Shown piece by piece: positions 36,382 to 45,813 of a stretch of 64,000 nt of DNA; positions within the stretch are counted from its first letter, which is position 1, and every line of letters starts with the position of its first letter. The DNA is from Polyangiales bacterium (GTDB lineage Bacteria > Myxococcota_A > Polyangia > Polyangiales > Polyangiaceae). The position numbers and the translations under genes are program-made. A model generated the notes under the pieces. The model was not told the DNA's origin. It saw only the letters and a list, made by a program, of their open reading frames with translations, and did not search any database. The stretch lies in assembly GCA_038231275.1 (NCBI GenBank), contig JBBRLQ010000013.1, positions 128,001 to 192,000 of the forward strand, in the 5' to 3' direction.

Positions 36382-36454
36382 CGTCCCCAGAGGGATTCGA
36401 ACCCTCGTTAGCGACGTGAAAAGCCGCGGTCCTGGGCCTCTAGACGATGGGGAC
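36382..36454 (-). tRNA. tRNA-Glu (TTC)
   Basis: GTCCCCA/TGGGGAC acceptor stem, GCGGC-TTTTCAC-GTCGC anticodon arm, GAGGG-TTCGAAT-CCCTC T arm; CCA not encoded. Confidence 0.97.
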
Positions 36455-36545
36455 GGAGTAACGAAGCAGGTAGGACGGGGCGCAACCTAGCAGAACCCGC
36501 GCGAGACGTGTACTCCGCCGCGCATCGTGCTACTCGGCCGTCACG

Positions 36546-37910
36546 ATGATGCGCGCGCGACCCTATTTCCAGGCCTCTTCCGCGATCAAGCCGACCGCGC
36601 TCCTCGCGCTCGTAGCAGGCCTCGTCGCGACGCCGCTCGCGTGTGGCGGGTCCGACGGGAGCGCGAACGACGGCGCCTCCCCCGACGCCGGCGCAGCCGA
36701 GGGCAGCGCGATCGACGCGCCGACGACGCCTCCGGGTGATGGCGGAGGGCCCCCGCTCGACGCGCCGAATACGAACGACGCGCCCGCGGCCAACGACGCG
36801 CCCGCCGATGGCCCGAGCCTCGGTTGCCCGCGCGCGCCCGCCGCCGCCGATCGGCCGCGGCGCGTCGTCGTCTCGCACCCCTTCGCGGTCGACGGCGGTA
36901 AGGCCACGCTCTTCGAGGTGCTGAGCCTCTCGCAAGCGGGCACGCTCACGAGGCCAGCAGCGCCCGTCACGTTCCAGATGGGGACGGCGCTCGACGCACC
37001 GATCGTCTTCACGCCGGACGGCGAGATCGGTCTGGTCTCACAGGACGACGGATCGATCGGCGTCTTCAAGCTCCCGGCGACGGGCGCCCCCACCGTGATC
37101 CACGCGGCGTTCGCCGGCAATTTCTACGCAGGCGGGTTGGTGCTCACGCCCGACGGGTCCACCGTGTATGTCCTCGACAGCAACGTCCGGAAGAACGGCG
37201 GCGGCGTCTACCGGATCCCCATCCACTGCGACGGCACGCTCGGCACCGCCACGCTCGTCGTGCCGGGCAGCGGCGCGAGCGCGATGGCGCTCCTCCCTGG
37301 CGATCCGACGAAGGCGGTCCTCGGCGCGACGGCGGCGTTCGACTCGGCGGTGAACCAGGATGTTCACCTCGTCGACCTGGCGGCGCAGACGCGCATCGCG
37401 AGCGCGTCCGTATTTCTCGATGGAATGGCCAGCGTGGCGTCCCTCGCCGTCGCGCCGGACGGAAAGTTCGCGATCCTCGCGGACAACAGCTTCAGCGCCG
37501 GCAGTCGCATCGCCGCGGTCGCGATCACACCGTCCTTCGTGCCGGCGGGTGGCATCCTCGCGACGCCGTTCCCGGATGGCGTCGCCGTGTCTCCGTACGA
37601 CGACTCCGCGATCGTGCTGAACGACGACTCGACCGATCAGATCCACGTGCTCACCTACGATCCGGCGAACGCCGCGGCGCCATTCGCGATCAAAGGCGAG
37701 CTCGTCTACAAATTCGGCAAGCCGCAGATTCCGATCTCGATCTCCCTCATCGATCGCGGCGCGCTGAAGGGCACCACGTTCGTCGGCGAGAACATCGCCG
37801 TGCGGCAGCTCACGTTCGGCGCGGGTGGCGCGGTGACCGACACGGCGAAGCTCGTCTTCCCGGGTGGCGGGAACGAGACGATCATCGGCGTCGTCGGCGT
37901 CCAGCCCTGA
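36546..37910 (+). CDS. Beta-propeller lipoprotein
   Basis: PLAC lipobox, D/A/G linker, repeated TPDG/APDG blades. Confidence 0.75.
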   Translation: MMRARPYFQASSAIKPTALLALVAGLVATPLACGGSDGSANDGASPDAGAAEGSAIDAPTTPPGDGGGPPLDAPNTNDAPAANDAPADGPSLGCPRAPAAADRPRRVVVSHPFAVDGGKATLFEVLSLSQAGTLTRPAAPVTFQMGTALDAPIVFTPDGEIGLVSQDDGSIGVFKLPATGAPTVIHAAFAGNFYAGGLVLTPDGSTVYVLDSNVRKNGGGVYRIPIHCDGTLGTATLVVPGSGASAMALLPGDPTKAVLGATAAFDSAVNQDVHLVDLAAQTRIASASVFLDGMASVASLAVAPDGKFAILADNSFSAGSRIAAVAITPSFVPAGGILATPFPDGVAVSPYDDSAIVLNDDSTDQIHVLTYDPANAAAPFAIKGELVYKFGKPQIPISISLIDRGALKGTTFVGENIAVRQLTFGAGGAVTDTAKLVFPGGGNETIIGVVGVQP

Positions 37911-37917
37911 GGCGAGC

Positions 37918-39045
37918 GTGACGCGCTGGGACGTCGTCGTCGTCGGAGGCGGCATCGCAGGCGCGTCGGCGGCGGCGTGTCTTGGTGAGGAGCTGCGGGT
38001 CGTCGTCCTCGAGCGCGAGGCGCAGCCCGGCTACCACACGACGGGGCGGTCGGCGGCGCTGTTCTCGGAGATCTACGGCGGACCGGCGGTGCGCGCGCTT
38101 TCTCGGGCGAGCCGCGCGTTCTTTCGTTCGCCGCCACCAGGATTCGCCGACGAGCCGCTTGCGCGCGATCGCGGCTCGCTCTTCGTCGCGCGGGTCGATC
38201 AGAGAGGAGCGCTCGACGCCTTTCTGAATGCGCCGGACGTCGCGCGCCAGGTCACGCGAGTCTCGCCGGCGGAGGCGCGCGCGCTCGTTCCGATCCTGAG
38301 GGATGACTACGTCGCGGCGGCCGCGTACGAGCGCGAGGCGGCCGATCTCGACGTGCACGCCCTCCATCACGGCTACCTCCGTGTCCTGCGCGCGCGCGGA
38401 GGTGAGGTGCGCACCGGCGCCGCCGTGATCGCCGTCGAATCGCGTGGCGAGCTCCTCCGCGTTCGAACCGACGTCGAGGCCTTCGAGGCGCCGATCGTCG
38501 TGAACGCCGCGGGCGCATGGGCCGACGAGCTCGCGGCGTTGGCGGGCGCAAGGCCGCTCGGTCTGGCGCCGCTCCGGCGGACCGCGCTTACCGTCGACGT
38601 GGCGAAAGAACCGGCGATCGCGGCGATGCCGATGACGATCGACGTCGACGAACGCTTCTACTTCAAGCCGGAGGCCGGCCGTCTCCTCGTCTCGCCCGCC
38701 GACGAGACGCCATCGCCTCCGTGCGACGCGGCGCCCGACGATCTCGACGTCGCGATCGCCGTCGATCGTCTCGAGAAGGCCACGACCGTGGAGGTGCGAC
38801 GCGTCGCGAGCAAGTGGGCCGGTCTACGGACGTTCGCGCCCGATCGCGCGCCGGTCGTCGGCTTCGATCCCGCTCTCCGTGGCTTTTTCTGGCTCGCCGG
38901 CCAGGGCGGGTACGGCATCCAGACCGCGCCGGCGATCGCGCATCTCGTCGGCGCGCTCGTTCGACGGCGTGAGGTCCCCGGGGATCTCCTGGACGCAGGT
39001 CTCCGCCTCGCCGAGATTTCTCCCGCGCGATTCGCGGTGCGTTGA
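37918..39045 (+). CDS. FAD-dependent oxidoreductase (DAO family)
   Basis: VVVGGGIAG, TGRSAA, VNAAGAWAD, WAGLR, GQGGYGIQ. Confidence 0.9.
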   Translation: MTRWDVVVVGGGIAGASAAACLGEELRVVVLEREAQPGYHTTGRSAALFSEIYGGPAVRALSRASRAFFRSPPPGFADEPLARDRGSLFVARVDQRGALDAFLNAPDVARQVTRVSPAEARALVPILRDDYVAAAAYEREAADLDVHALHHGYLRVLRARGGEVRTGAAVIAVESRGELLRVRTDVEAFEAPIVVNAAGAWADELAALAGARPLGLAPLRRTALTVDVAKEPAIAAMPMTIDVDERFYFKPEAGRLLVSPADETPSPPCDAAPDDLDVAIAVDRLEKATTVEVRRVASKWAGLRTFAPDRAPVVGFDPALRGFFWLAGQGGYGIQTAPAIAHLVGALVRRREVPGDLLDAGLRLAEISPARFAVR

Positions 39046-39049
39046 CGAT

Positions 39050-39901
39050 TCAGCGATCGGTCTGATCGAGGAACGCGCGCAGCGTCGACTCGTCTTCGGC
39101 GGCGTTGGCGAGCCCTTGGAAGAACGCGCGCGACGGCGGCGCGGCGGATAGGATGCCGAGGCCTTCGAACAGACACGCGGCGGCGATCTCGCGGATCTGC
39201 GCGAGGCCGCGCGACGAGACGAGCGTAGTCCCGAGGATGCGCGCGATCGAGGCCACGTCACGGATCGGCAAGTGGCAGATCGAGTCCCCCTTCTGCGTGT
39301 AGCAGGGGGAGTGCGCGGCGTACGCGGCGTCCTCGAGCGCGCCGCACGCGAGGCCTTCGTGCAGGGTCGGCACGATCGACGTCTGCAGGCACGTGCGGAT
39401 GCGGCGCAGCCACGATTGACCGTGCGGAGTGAAGCGGCCGTGCTCCTCTACGAACGCGTAACAAAGACGCTCGCCGAAATCGAGCGCGTAGCCCTGATCG
39501 CCGCACGGCTGCGACGCCTCGAGGCACGCGCGATAGAACGAACAGTCGTCGGCCACCGGCGCGTCGCACGAGGCGCGCGTCGGATACGTAGCCCCCGCGT
39601 GGCACGACGCGCGGACCGGCGAATACGCGACCACGCAGGCGCCGCCGCACTGGGCGGACGTGTCGGCGCTCAGCTTGGCCACGCAGCTCGCGGACGCGGC
39701 ACGCGCGGACGCCGCGGAGCAGTACGTCGCATCGAGCTCGGCTCCGCACGCGGCGGCGACGGCCTTCTCGGCCCCCGCGACAGGCACCAGGATCGACGAA
39801 GAGCCACCCGACAAAGCCTCCGCCCCAGCCTCCTCCGGCCCGGCCGACGCGCTGCAGCCCACGGCGAGGACGAGCGAGAAAACAGCCGCGATTTTTCGCA
39901 C
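39050..39901 (-). CDS. Cys-rich lipoprotein with stanniocalcin-like domain
   Basis: C.FY..CLE...PCG..GYA..FG...C..F...G..W....R.CLQ...C......A..H..CY. Confidence 0.65.
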   Translation of the reverse strand: MRKIAAVFSLVLAVGCSASAGPEEAGAEALSGGSSSILVPVAGAEKAVAAACGAELDATYCSAASARAASASCVAKLSADTSAQCGGACVVAYSPVRASCHAGATYPTRASCDAPVADDCSFYRACLEASQPCGDQGYALDFGERLCYAFVEEHGRFTPHGQSWLRRIRTCLQTSIVPTLHEGLACGALEDAAYAAHSPCYTQKGDSICHLPIRDVASIARILGTTLVSSRGLAQIREIAAACLFEGLGILSAAPPSRAFFQGLANAAEDESTLRAFLDQTDR

Positions 39902-39926
39902 GCGCGCGGTTTAGCACATCCGCTCG

Positions 39927-41141
39927 TCAGCGCACGAGCGCGCGCTCCACGAGGGCGATTCGGTCTTGGCCCCAAAAGAGCTCCTTGCCGTCCACCACCC
40001 ACGTGGGCGCGCCGAAGACGCCGTGATCGGCAGCGTACTGCGTCGCGTCGATGAGCGCCTTCTTGATCTCCGGCGTCTGCGTGCGCGCGAGGACGGCGGC
40101 GGCGTCGGCGCCCGCGGCGGTGAGCAGCTCGCCGAGCACGGCGTCGTCGTTGATGTCGCGATCCTCACCCCAGTACGCGCGGAACGTCGCTGCGCGAAAC
40201 GCGTCCGCGTGCGCCTCCTCGACGGCGAGGGCGCATCTCATCGACTTGATCGTCATCATCGGGAAGCGCGTCGGCCACTTGAAGGGCACGCCCAAGTAGG
40301 CCGCCCACCGCTCCATGTCCTTGGCGTAGTAGCGCTGCTTCGCTTGCGACCACGTGGCGAGCGGCACCATCGCCTGGCCGATCGTCTTGAAGAGCCCGCC
40401 GAGGAGCATCGGCCGCCACGTGAGCTTGGCGCCGGTGCGCGCCGCGAGGGCCTGCGCTTGGGTCGCGCCGAGGTACGCGAACGGCGACGAGAAATCCCAA
40501 TAGAGGTCGAGCGAGCGGCCCCTGGTGCTCCCCACGATCGGCGGGAGCACGTCCTCCGCGCGCGCACCGGCGACGAGATGCATGCGATCCTGTCCCCAGT
40601 ACAGCTCCTTCTCGTCGACCACGAACGCCGGCGCGCCGAAGACACCGAGCGCGATCGCGCGATCGGTGCGCCGACGCAGATCGTCCTTCACCTCGGCAGT
40701 CTCGATCCTCGCGAGCACCTCGTCGGCGGAGTGGCCGGCGGCGGTGACCACGTCTCGGATCGTCGCGGGATCCGACGGCGGGCGTCCAAGGACCCAGTAT
40801 GCCCGGTAAAATCCCTCGATCACGTGCGGATCGAGCCCTGTCGCGATCGTCGCGCGGAGGGCCTCGACGCTGCGCATGGGGTGCGCGTTCGGCTTCTGGA
40901 GGCGGACGCCGAAGAGCTCCGCCCATCGCGCGAAGTCTTGCTCGTTGTGCGCGAGCTTCTGCGGGATGAGCACCTCGCTCAGGTTCTGCGGCGTGTCGTT
41001 CGCGCGGAACACGCCACCGAGGAGCATCGGCTGCCACACCAGCGCGGCCCCCATGCGTTGCGCGAGCTTCCGTACCTGCGTGCTCGCGATGTACGCGTAC
41101 GGGCAGGTGTAGTCGAACCAGAAGTCCAGACGAGCGGCCAT
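39927..41141 (-). CDS. Tandem two-domain 2-hydroxychromene-2-carboxylate isomerase/DsbA-like protein
   Basis: Two copies of (F/W)D...P.AY...W.PMLLGG.F...GVFGAP.....EL.WGQDR. Confidence 0.88.
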   Translation of the reverse strand: MAARLDFWFDYTCPYAYIASTQVRKLAQRMGAALVWQPMLLGGVFRANDTPQNLSEVLIPQKLAHNEQDFARWAELFGVRLQKPNAHPMRSVEALRATIATGLDPHVIEGFYRAYWVLGRPPSDPATIRDVVTAAGHSADEVLARIETAEVKDDLRRRTDRAIALGVFGAPAFVVDEKELYWGQDRMHLVAGARAEDVLPPIVGSTRGRSLDLYWDFSSPFAYLGATQAQALAARTGAKLTWRPMLLGGLFKTIGQAMVPLATWSQAKQRYYAKDMERWAAYLGVPFKWPTRFPMMTIKSMRCALAVEEAHADAFRAATFRAYWGEDRDINDDAVLGELLTAAGADAAAVLARTQTPEIKKALIDATQYAADHGVFGAPTWVVDGKELFWGQDRIALVERALVR

Positions 41142-41211
41142 CTCGGCACTCTACCCCCACCGGCGCGTTCGTGAGCTGCCGTCCTCGCTCGAGCTACGCG
41201 CCCGGGCGTGA

Positions 41212-42636
41212 TTAAAGGGTGTACCCGAGGATGACGCGTAGGCCCCCGCGGACGACCGGCGACTCCTTGAAGTACCGATCCCCGTTCCCGTCGACCGCGC
41301 CCGCGCCGTGGACATCGGCGAACAATGCGCCCTCGACAAAGAAGTTGCCGAGGTCCAGCTGCCCGCCGCCCTCGAGCAGCGCCACGCCGGAGCCGCTCGA
41401 TCCCTTCTCCGCGCGCTGCGTGCTCGCGTCCTTCACGCCGAGCTTGGCGTCGACCCCCTGCGCTGCGAGCCCGAGCGCGAGGCCGATGAAACCACGAAAT
41501 TTCCCGGTCGTTCGCAGCCGCAGCTCGGGCGCCACCGCCACGTAGGTGAGCGTGATGGTGTCTTGCGCGACACCCTTCACCGCCGCGCTCTCGTACGCGT
41601 TCGTGGACATTCCTCCGAGCTCCGCCATGAGCCCGATGCTGACGTTCTTACCGAGCATGCGGCCTCCGTGGAGGACCAGGCTCGCGCCGCCGAAGTTTCG
41701 CTTCGTCGTGCCGGTGTCGTCGAGGGCGAGCGCGGTGGGCGTCAGCGCTTGGCCGAACACACCGACCCCCGCCGACACGTACCAGAGGCGCGGCGCCGGC
41801 GGCGGCTTGGGAGCAGGGAACGGCTCGGGAGCGGGCGATGCCCCGAGGTCCACGTTCACGGTGCCCTGCGCGTTGGGCGGCACGTTGACCGTGACGGTCT
41901 TTTGGGCGACGCCCGGGATGGTCGCCTCGATGCGATGAACACCGGCCGGGACGTCCCCGCTCCAGACGCCAGTCCCGACCTCGACCCCATCGAGCACGAT
42001 CTTCGCCGCGGGTGCGCTGGCCTGGATCGTGAGCCGCCCGTGCCCGGCGACGTCCGCAGCGACGAGCCCGAGCTCGATCGACGTCTCCGGCTGCCCTGCC
42101 GTGAGATGCACGCGCTGCTCGGCCTGCGTGAAGCCCGTGGCCACCGCGCGAAAGACGTGATCGCCGGGCAAGAACCGAAGCGGCCGCGCCACTCGCTCCG
42201 CCGACACGGCCTTGTCGTCGACGCTCACCGCGAACGCCGCCGGCGGCGTGCTCCCCGCATACACGACGCGCACGCGCACCGTTGCGACGAGCGCGCTCAT
42301 CTCCGCGATGGTCTGCTTCGCGCCGTCACGCACGTCGGCCTTGAGCGTGTCGCCTCCCTCGGCGAGCATCTCCTCGAGCGCGTCGATCGCCTCGGGATAC
42401 CGCCCGAGCCCGCGCAGGCAGAGCGCCACGTTGCGCTTGATCTGGGGCGACCGCTTCGCCGCGTACGCCGCCTGGAACTCCGTCAGCGCGGTGGCGTAAT
42501 CGTGTGCATCATACAACTTAACGCCCGCCGAAAAATGCGCCCGCGCGGCCTCCGCATCGTCCGCGCGCACGATCTTCGGCGCGCAGAGGGAGACCAGGAG
42601 GGAGAGCGCGGCGAAGAGAGCTCGGAAGCGCGTCAT
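41212..42636 (-). CDS. TPR + PEGA domain secreted protein
   Basis: ARAHF..GV.LY TPR, PEGA-like repeats, beta-barrel-like C-terminus. Confidence 0.8.
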   Translation of the reverse strand: MTRFRALFAALSLLVSLCAPKIVRADDAEAARAHFSAGVKLYDAHDYATALTEFQAAYAAKRSPQIKRNVALCLRGLGRYPEAIDALEEMLAEGGDTLKADVRDGAKQTIAEMSALVATVRVRVVYAGSTPPAAFAVSVDDKAVSAERVARPLRFLPGDHVFRAVATGFTQAEQRVHLTAGQPETSIELGLVAADVAGHGRLTIQASAPAAKIVLDGVEVGTGVWSGDVPAGVHRIEATIPGVAQKTVTVNVPPNAQGTVNVDLGASPAPEPFPAPKPPPAPRLWYVSAGVGVFGQALTPTALALDDTGTTKRNFGGASLVLHGGRMLGKNVSIGLMAELGGMSTNAYESAAVKGVAQDTITLTYVAVAPELRLRTTGKFRGFIGLALGLAAQGVDAKLGVKDASTQRAEKGSSGSGVALLEGGGQLDLGNFFVEGALFADVHGAGAVDGNGDRYFKESPVVRGGLRVILGYTL

Positions 42637-42637
42637 G

Positions 42638-44104
42638 TCACTCCGGGAGCTCGCGCGAGATGTCGAGCGGCTTTTGCGGCCCGGGCTTCGGCAGCGGAGT
42701 CGGAGTCGGAGTCGGACGACGGACGGGCGGAGTCGGAGTCGCGGTCGGAGTCGCGGTCGGAGTCGCGGTCGGAGTCGCGGTCGGAGTCGCGGTCGGAGTC
42801 GCGGTCGGAGTCGGAGTCGGAGTCGGAGTCGCGGTCGGAGTCGCGGTCGACGTCACCGGCGAGGGCGACGATGCGCTCGGCGAGGTCTGGGCTTGGGTGA
42901 CCCGTGGAGCCGGCGGCGGAGGAGCCTCTTTGCGGAACGACGCGACGATCCACGACGTCACCAGCACCCCCGCGAGCGTCGCGCCGAACGCGGTCAGCGG
43001 AACCGCGAGGCGTGAGCCCACCGTCGGCGCGCGGCTCGGCGTCGTGCTTCGCGCACCCCACGATGCACGCGACCACGACACGCCGGTCGGCGGCGACCCC
43101 GGCATCGAGAGCGCGCTCGGCGTCGGCGCGAGCGGATTGACGGGCTGCGCGCCGCTCACGAGCGTCGCCGTCGACGGATCGAGAGGCACCCGCACGCGCT
43201 CGTCCGGAGCGATCTCGTGCAGCGCGCGGAGCATCGCCCCCGCGCTCGAGAATCTCTTCGCCCTGTCGCGCGCGAGCGCGACCCCGACGAACGACGACAC
43301 CGCGGCCGATACGCTCGGCTCGAGCGACGACAGCGCCGGCGCGTCGGTCATGCAAATGGAAAGGATGATCTGCTCGTAGCTCTCGCCGACATGGGGTGGA
43401 CGCCCCGCCAAGCACTCGAACAAGATCGCCCCGAGCGCGTACAGATCGGCGCGACCGTCGAGATCTTCCGCGGCCTGCGCCTGCTCGGGCGACATGTAGA
43501 GCGGCGTTCCGAGGATGGTCCCCTTGCCCGTCAGGGCTAGGGGCGCGGTGCCGGAGTGGGCCCTACTTGACGCTCGAATTTTGGAGACGCCGAAGTCGAC
43601 GATCTTGGTGAAGAGCGGATCGCCGTCGCTCTTCACCAGGAACACGTTGTCGGGCTTCAGATCGCGGTGGACGATCCCCGCCTCGTGCGCGCGTCCGAGC
43701 CCTCGCAAGACCTGCGCGCCGACGTGGAGCGCGTCGGCCAGCGGGATGCGTCCGTGGCGGCGGAGGCGCGTTCCAAGATCCTCTCCGCGGAGCAGCTCCA
43801 TCACGAGGTAGGGGCGGCCGTCGTCGATCCCCGCGTCGAAGACCGTGACGATGTTCGCGCTCTCGATCGAGCTGGCGGCCCGGGCCTCCCGCGCGAAGCG
43901 GCTCGTCACCTGCTCGTCCTTCGCTAACTCGCGGTCGACGAACTTGAGCGCGACCTTCTTGCCGATCGCGACGTTCTCCGCCTCGTAGACCGCCCCCATC
44001 CCGCCGCGCCCGATCAGGCGCTGCACGGCGTACTTTCCCCCGACGGTGGTGCCAACGAGCGCTTCGAGCTCGCGGTCTCTGCTGCTTTGGGTCGGCTCGT
44101 TCAT
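42638..44104 (-). CDS. Membrane Ser/Thr protein kinase
   Basis: GRGGMGAVY, VALK, HRDLKPDN, DFG, GTPLYMSPEQ. Confidence 0.93.
   Translation of the reverse strand: MNEPTQSSRDRELEALVGTTVGGKYAVQRLIGRGGMGAVYEAENVAIGKKVALKFVDRELAKDEQVTSRFAREARAASSIESANIVTVFDAGIDDGRPYLVMELLRGEDLGTRLRRHGRIPLADALHVGAQVLRGLGRAHEAGIVHRDLKPDNVFLVKSDGDPLFTKIVDFGVSKIRASSRAHSGTAPLALTGKGTILGTPLYMSPEQAQAAEDLDGRADLYALGAILFECLAGRPPHVGESYEQIILSICMTDAPALSSLEPSVSAAVSSFVGVALARDRAKRFSSAGAMLRALHEIAPDERVRVPLDPSTATLVSGAQPVNPLAPTPSALSMPGSPPTGVSWSRASWGARSTTPSRAPTVGSRLAVPLTAFGATLAGVLVTSWIVASFRKEAPPPPAPRVTQAQTSPSASSPSPVTSTATPTATPTPTPTPTATPTATPTATPTATPTATPTATPTPPVRRPTPTPTPLPKPGPQKPLDISRELPE
42695..42849. repeat. Coding tandem repeat (GGAGTCGCGGTC/GGAGTC)n encoding the Thr-Pro-Thr-Ala linker
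   Basis: 12- and 6-bp units in frame within the kinase C-terminus. Confidence 0.9.
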
Positions 44105-44335
44105 CGGGGCGCGCGGCGGGGCGGCACACCGTGCCGGAGAAGCAGAGAGCATACCACGCGCCGAGGGCCGAGCCCGTCGGGCAACTCGCCGGAATCATGC
44201 TTCAAATCATCAAAAGGAAACGGCCGAAACCCGCACGTGGTCCGCGTGTGGGCGGATCACGACGAGAACGGCCGTTCTCACCTGGCAGCGAAACACTCGG
44301 GCCGGGTGCGCGTGGGCGCAGACCTGGCGGAGCGT

Positions 44336-44599
44336 TCAGCCCATCTTGTGGACGCGAATCGAGAGGCGCGAGACCGTGCGCGACGCCGCCTTGCGGTGCA
44401 CGACGCCCTTCGTCGCGGCCGTGTCGAGCGCCTTGATCGCGCGGGCAAGGGCCGTCTTCGCGGCTTCCTTGTTCTTCGCGGTGACCGCGGCGTCGACCGC
44501 CTTCACGATCGTGCGGACGGAGCTGGAGACGGCGCGGTTGCGGATCGTTCGCGTGATGCGCTGGCGGTTACGCTTCTCGGCAGAGGGATGGTTGGCCAC
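44336..44599 (-). CDS. rpsT: 30S ribosomal protein S20
   Basis: ANHPSAEKRNRQ...RN....S..RT..K...LD.AA.KGVVH...ASR..SRL. Confidence 0.95.
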   Translation of the reverse strand: MANHPSAEKRNRQRITRTIRNRAVSSSVRTIVKAVDAAVTAKNKEAAKTALARAIKALDTAATKGVVHRKAASRTVSRLSIRVHKMG

Positions 44600-44712
44600 G
44601 GCAAGTCCTCGAAAAATCTCGGGTTCCCCAAACACCCCGGTTTGGAGCGAAGGGACGCGCACTTTAGGCGCTACGGCGACATTGTCAAGTGCCCGAACCC
44701 CAGCACGTTATC

Positions 44713-45813
44713 TCACGGGGGGAGCGTGATCCGGAAGGCCGCGCCCGGGAGATCGCTGCTGGCGACCCGGATGGTCCCCCCGTGGGCCTCGGCGATGCCG
44801 CGCGCGATGGCGAGGCCCAGGCCCGCGCCGCCCGCCGCGCGACCGCGGCTGCCCTGGCGGTAGCGATCGAAGATGGTCGGACGCTCGGCCTCCGCGATGC
44901 CGGGCCCGGTGTCGCTGACCTCGACGTACGCGCGCCCCTCCTCGAGGCCGGCGCTCAGCCTGACGCGCCCGCCCCGCGGCGTGAACTTCAGCGCGTTGGC
45001 GACGAGGTTGTCGACGGCCTGGCGGAGCTTCACCGCGTCGATCGTGATCGCTTGCTCGCGCGCGCCCTCGAAGGTGAGGGTGACGCGGCGGCGCGCGGCG
45101 ATCGGGGCGAACGCCGCGAGCGTCGGATCGACGAGCACGCCTACGGTCGTGGGGCGGGGCTCGACCGTGAAGACGCCGGCCTCGAGGCGGCTCGCCGCGA
45201 GCACGCCGTCGATGAGGCGCGCCATATCCTTGCATAATGCACGTATCGTGGCGACGGACGAGCGGCGATCGTCGGCCGGGAGATCGTCGGAGTCGAGCAA
45301 CTCGGCGACGAGGCCGAGCGACGAGAGCGGGTGCCGCAGATCGTGCACGAGCATCGCGATGTGATCGCGGCGCTGCGCGTCGAGCATGCGGCGCAGGCGG
45401 AACGTCTCGAGCGCGGCGCGGGTCCGTGCGAGGAGCTCGCGCGCGTCGATCGGCTTCGTCAGGTACGCGTCGGCGCCCTCACGCAACCCCTCCTCGATGG
45501 CCTGCGGCTCGCGTCGCGCGGCGGTGAGCATGATGACCGCGGGACCGCCGCCGCGTCGCGCGCGGAGCCTTCGCAGCACTTCGTGGCCACCCATGCCCGG
45601 CATCGACACGTCGAGCAGCACCAGCTCCGGCTCTCGCTCGTCGACCGCCGCGAGGGCCTGTAGGCCGCCCGCCGCCGTGCGCACGCGATGTCCGTCCTCG
45701 CTGAGCAAAGCCTCGTAGAGCGCGAGCGCGTCGGGGAAGTCGTCGACGAGGAGCACGTCCCCCGCCGCCGGATCGACGTTGGAGAGGGACGGCGGCGCGG
45801 AGGGCGTGCTCAC
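44713..45813 (-). CDS. Hybrid receiver-histidine kinase
   Basis: REC (VDD, LDVSMPG, KP), HDLRHPL, N/G boxes. Confidence 0.9.
   Translation of the reverse strand: MSTPSAPPSLSNVDPAAGDVLLVDDFPDALALYEALLSEDGHRVRTAAGGLQALAAVDEREPELVLLDVSMPGMGGHEVLRRLRARRGGGPAVIMLTAARREPQAIEEGLREGADAYLTKPIDARELLARTRAALETFRLRRMLDAQRRDHIAMLVHDLRHPLSSLGLVAELLDSDDLPADDRRSSVATIRALCKDMARLIDGVLAASRLEAGVFTVEPRPTTVGVLVDPTLAAFAPIAARRRVTLTFEGAREQAITIDAVKLRQAVDNLVANALKFTPRGGRVRLSAGLEEGRAYVEVSDTGPGIAEAERPTIFDRYRQGSRGRAAGGAGLGLAIARGIAEAHGGTIRVASSDLPGAAFRITLPP

Larger units (their letters stand above)
25523..36404. mobile_element. tRNA-Glu-integrated element, candidate phage satellite (10,858-bp predicted circle)
   Basis: 24-bp direct repeats, intact integrase and xis, helicase, phage-like small ORFs with ATGA/GTGA overlaps; no capsid, portal or terL recognised. 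Confidence 0.88.

Noticed and set aside
25523..36404. Complete prophage or ICE
   Set aside because: Too small; no capsid, portal, terL, lysis, relaxase or T4SS genes recognised
42695..42849. Tandem repeat as a CRISPR array or iteron set
   Set aside because: 6/12-bp units without spacers, in frame, encoding a Pro/Thr/Ala linker; no cas genes
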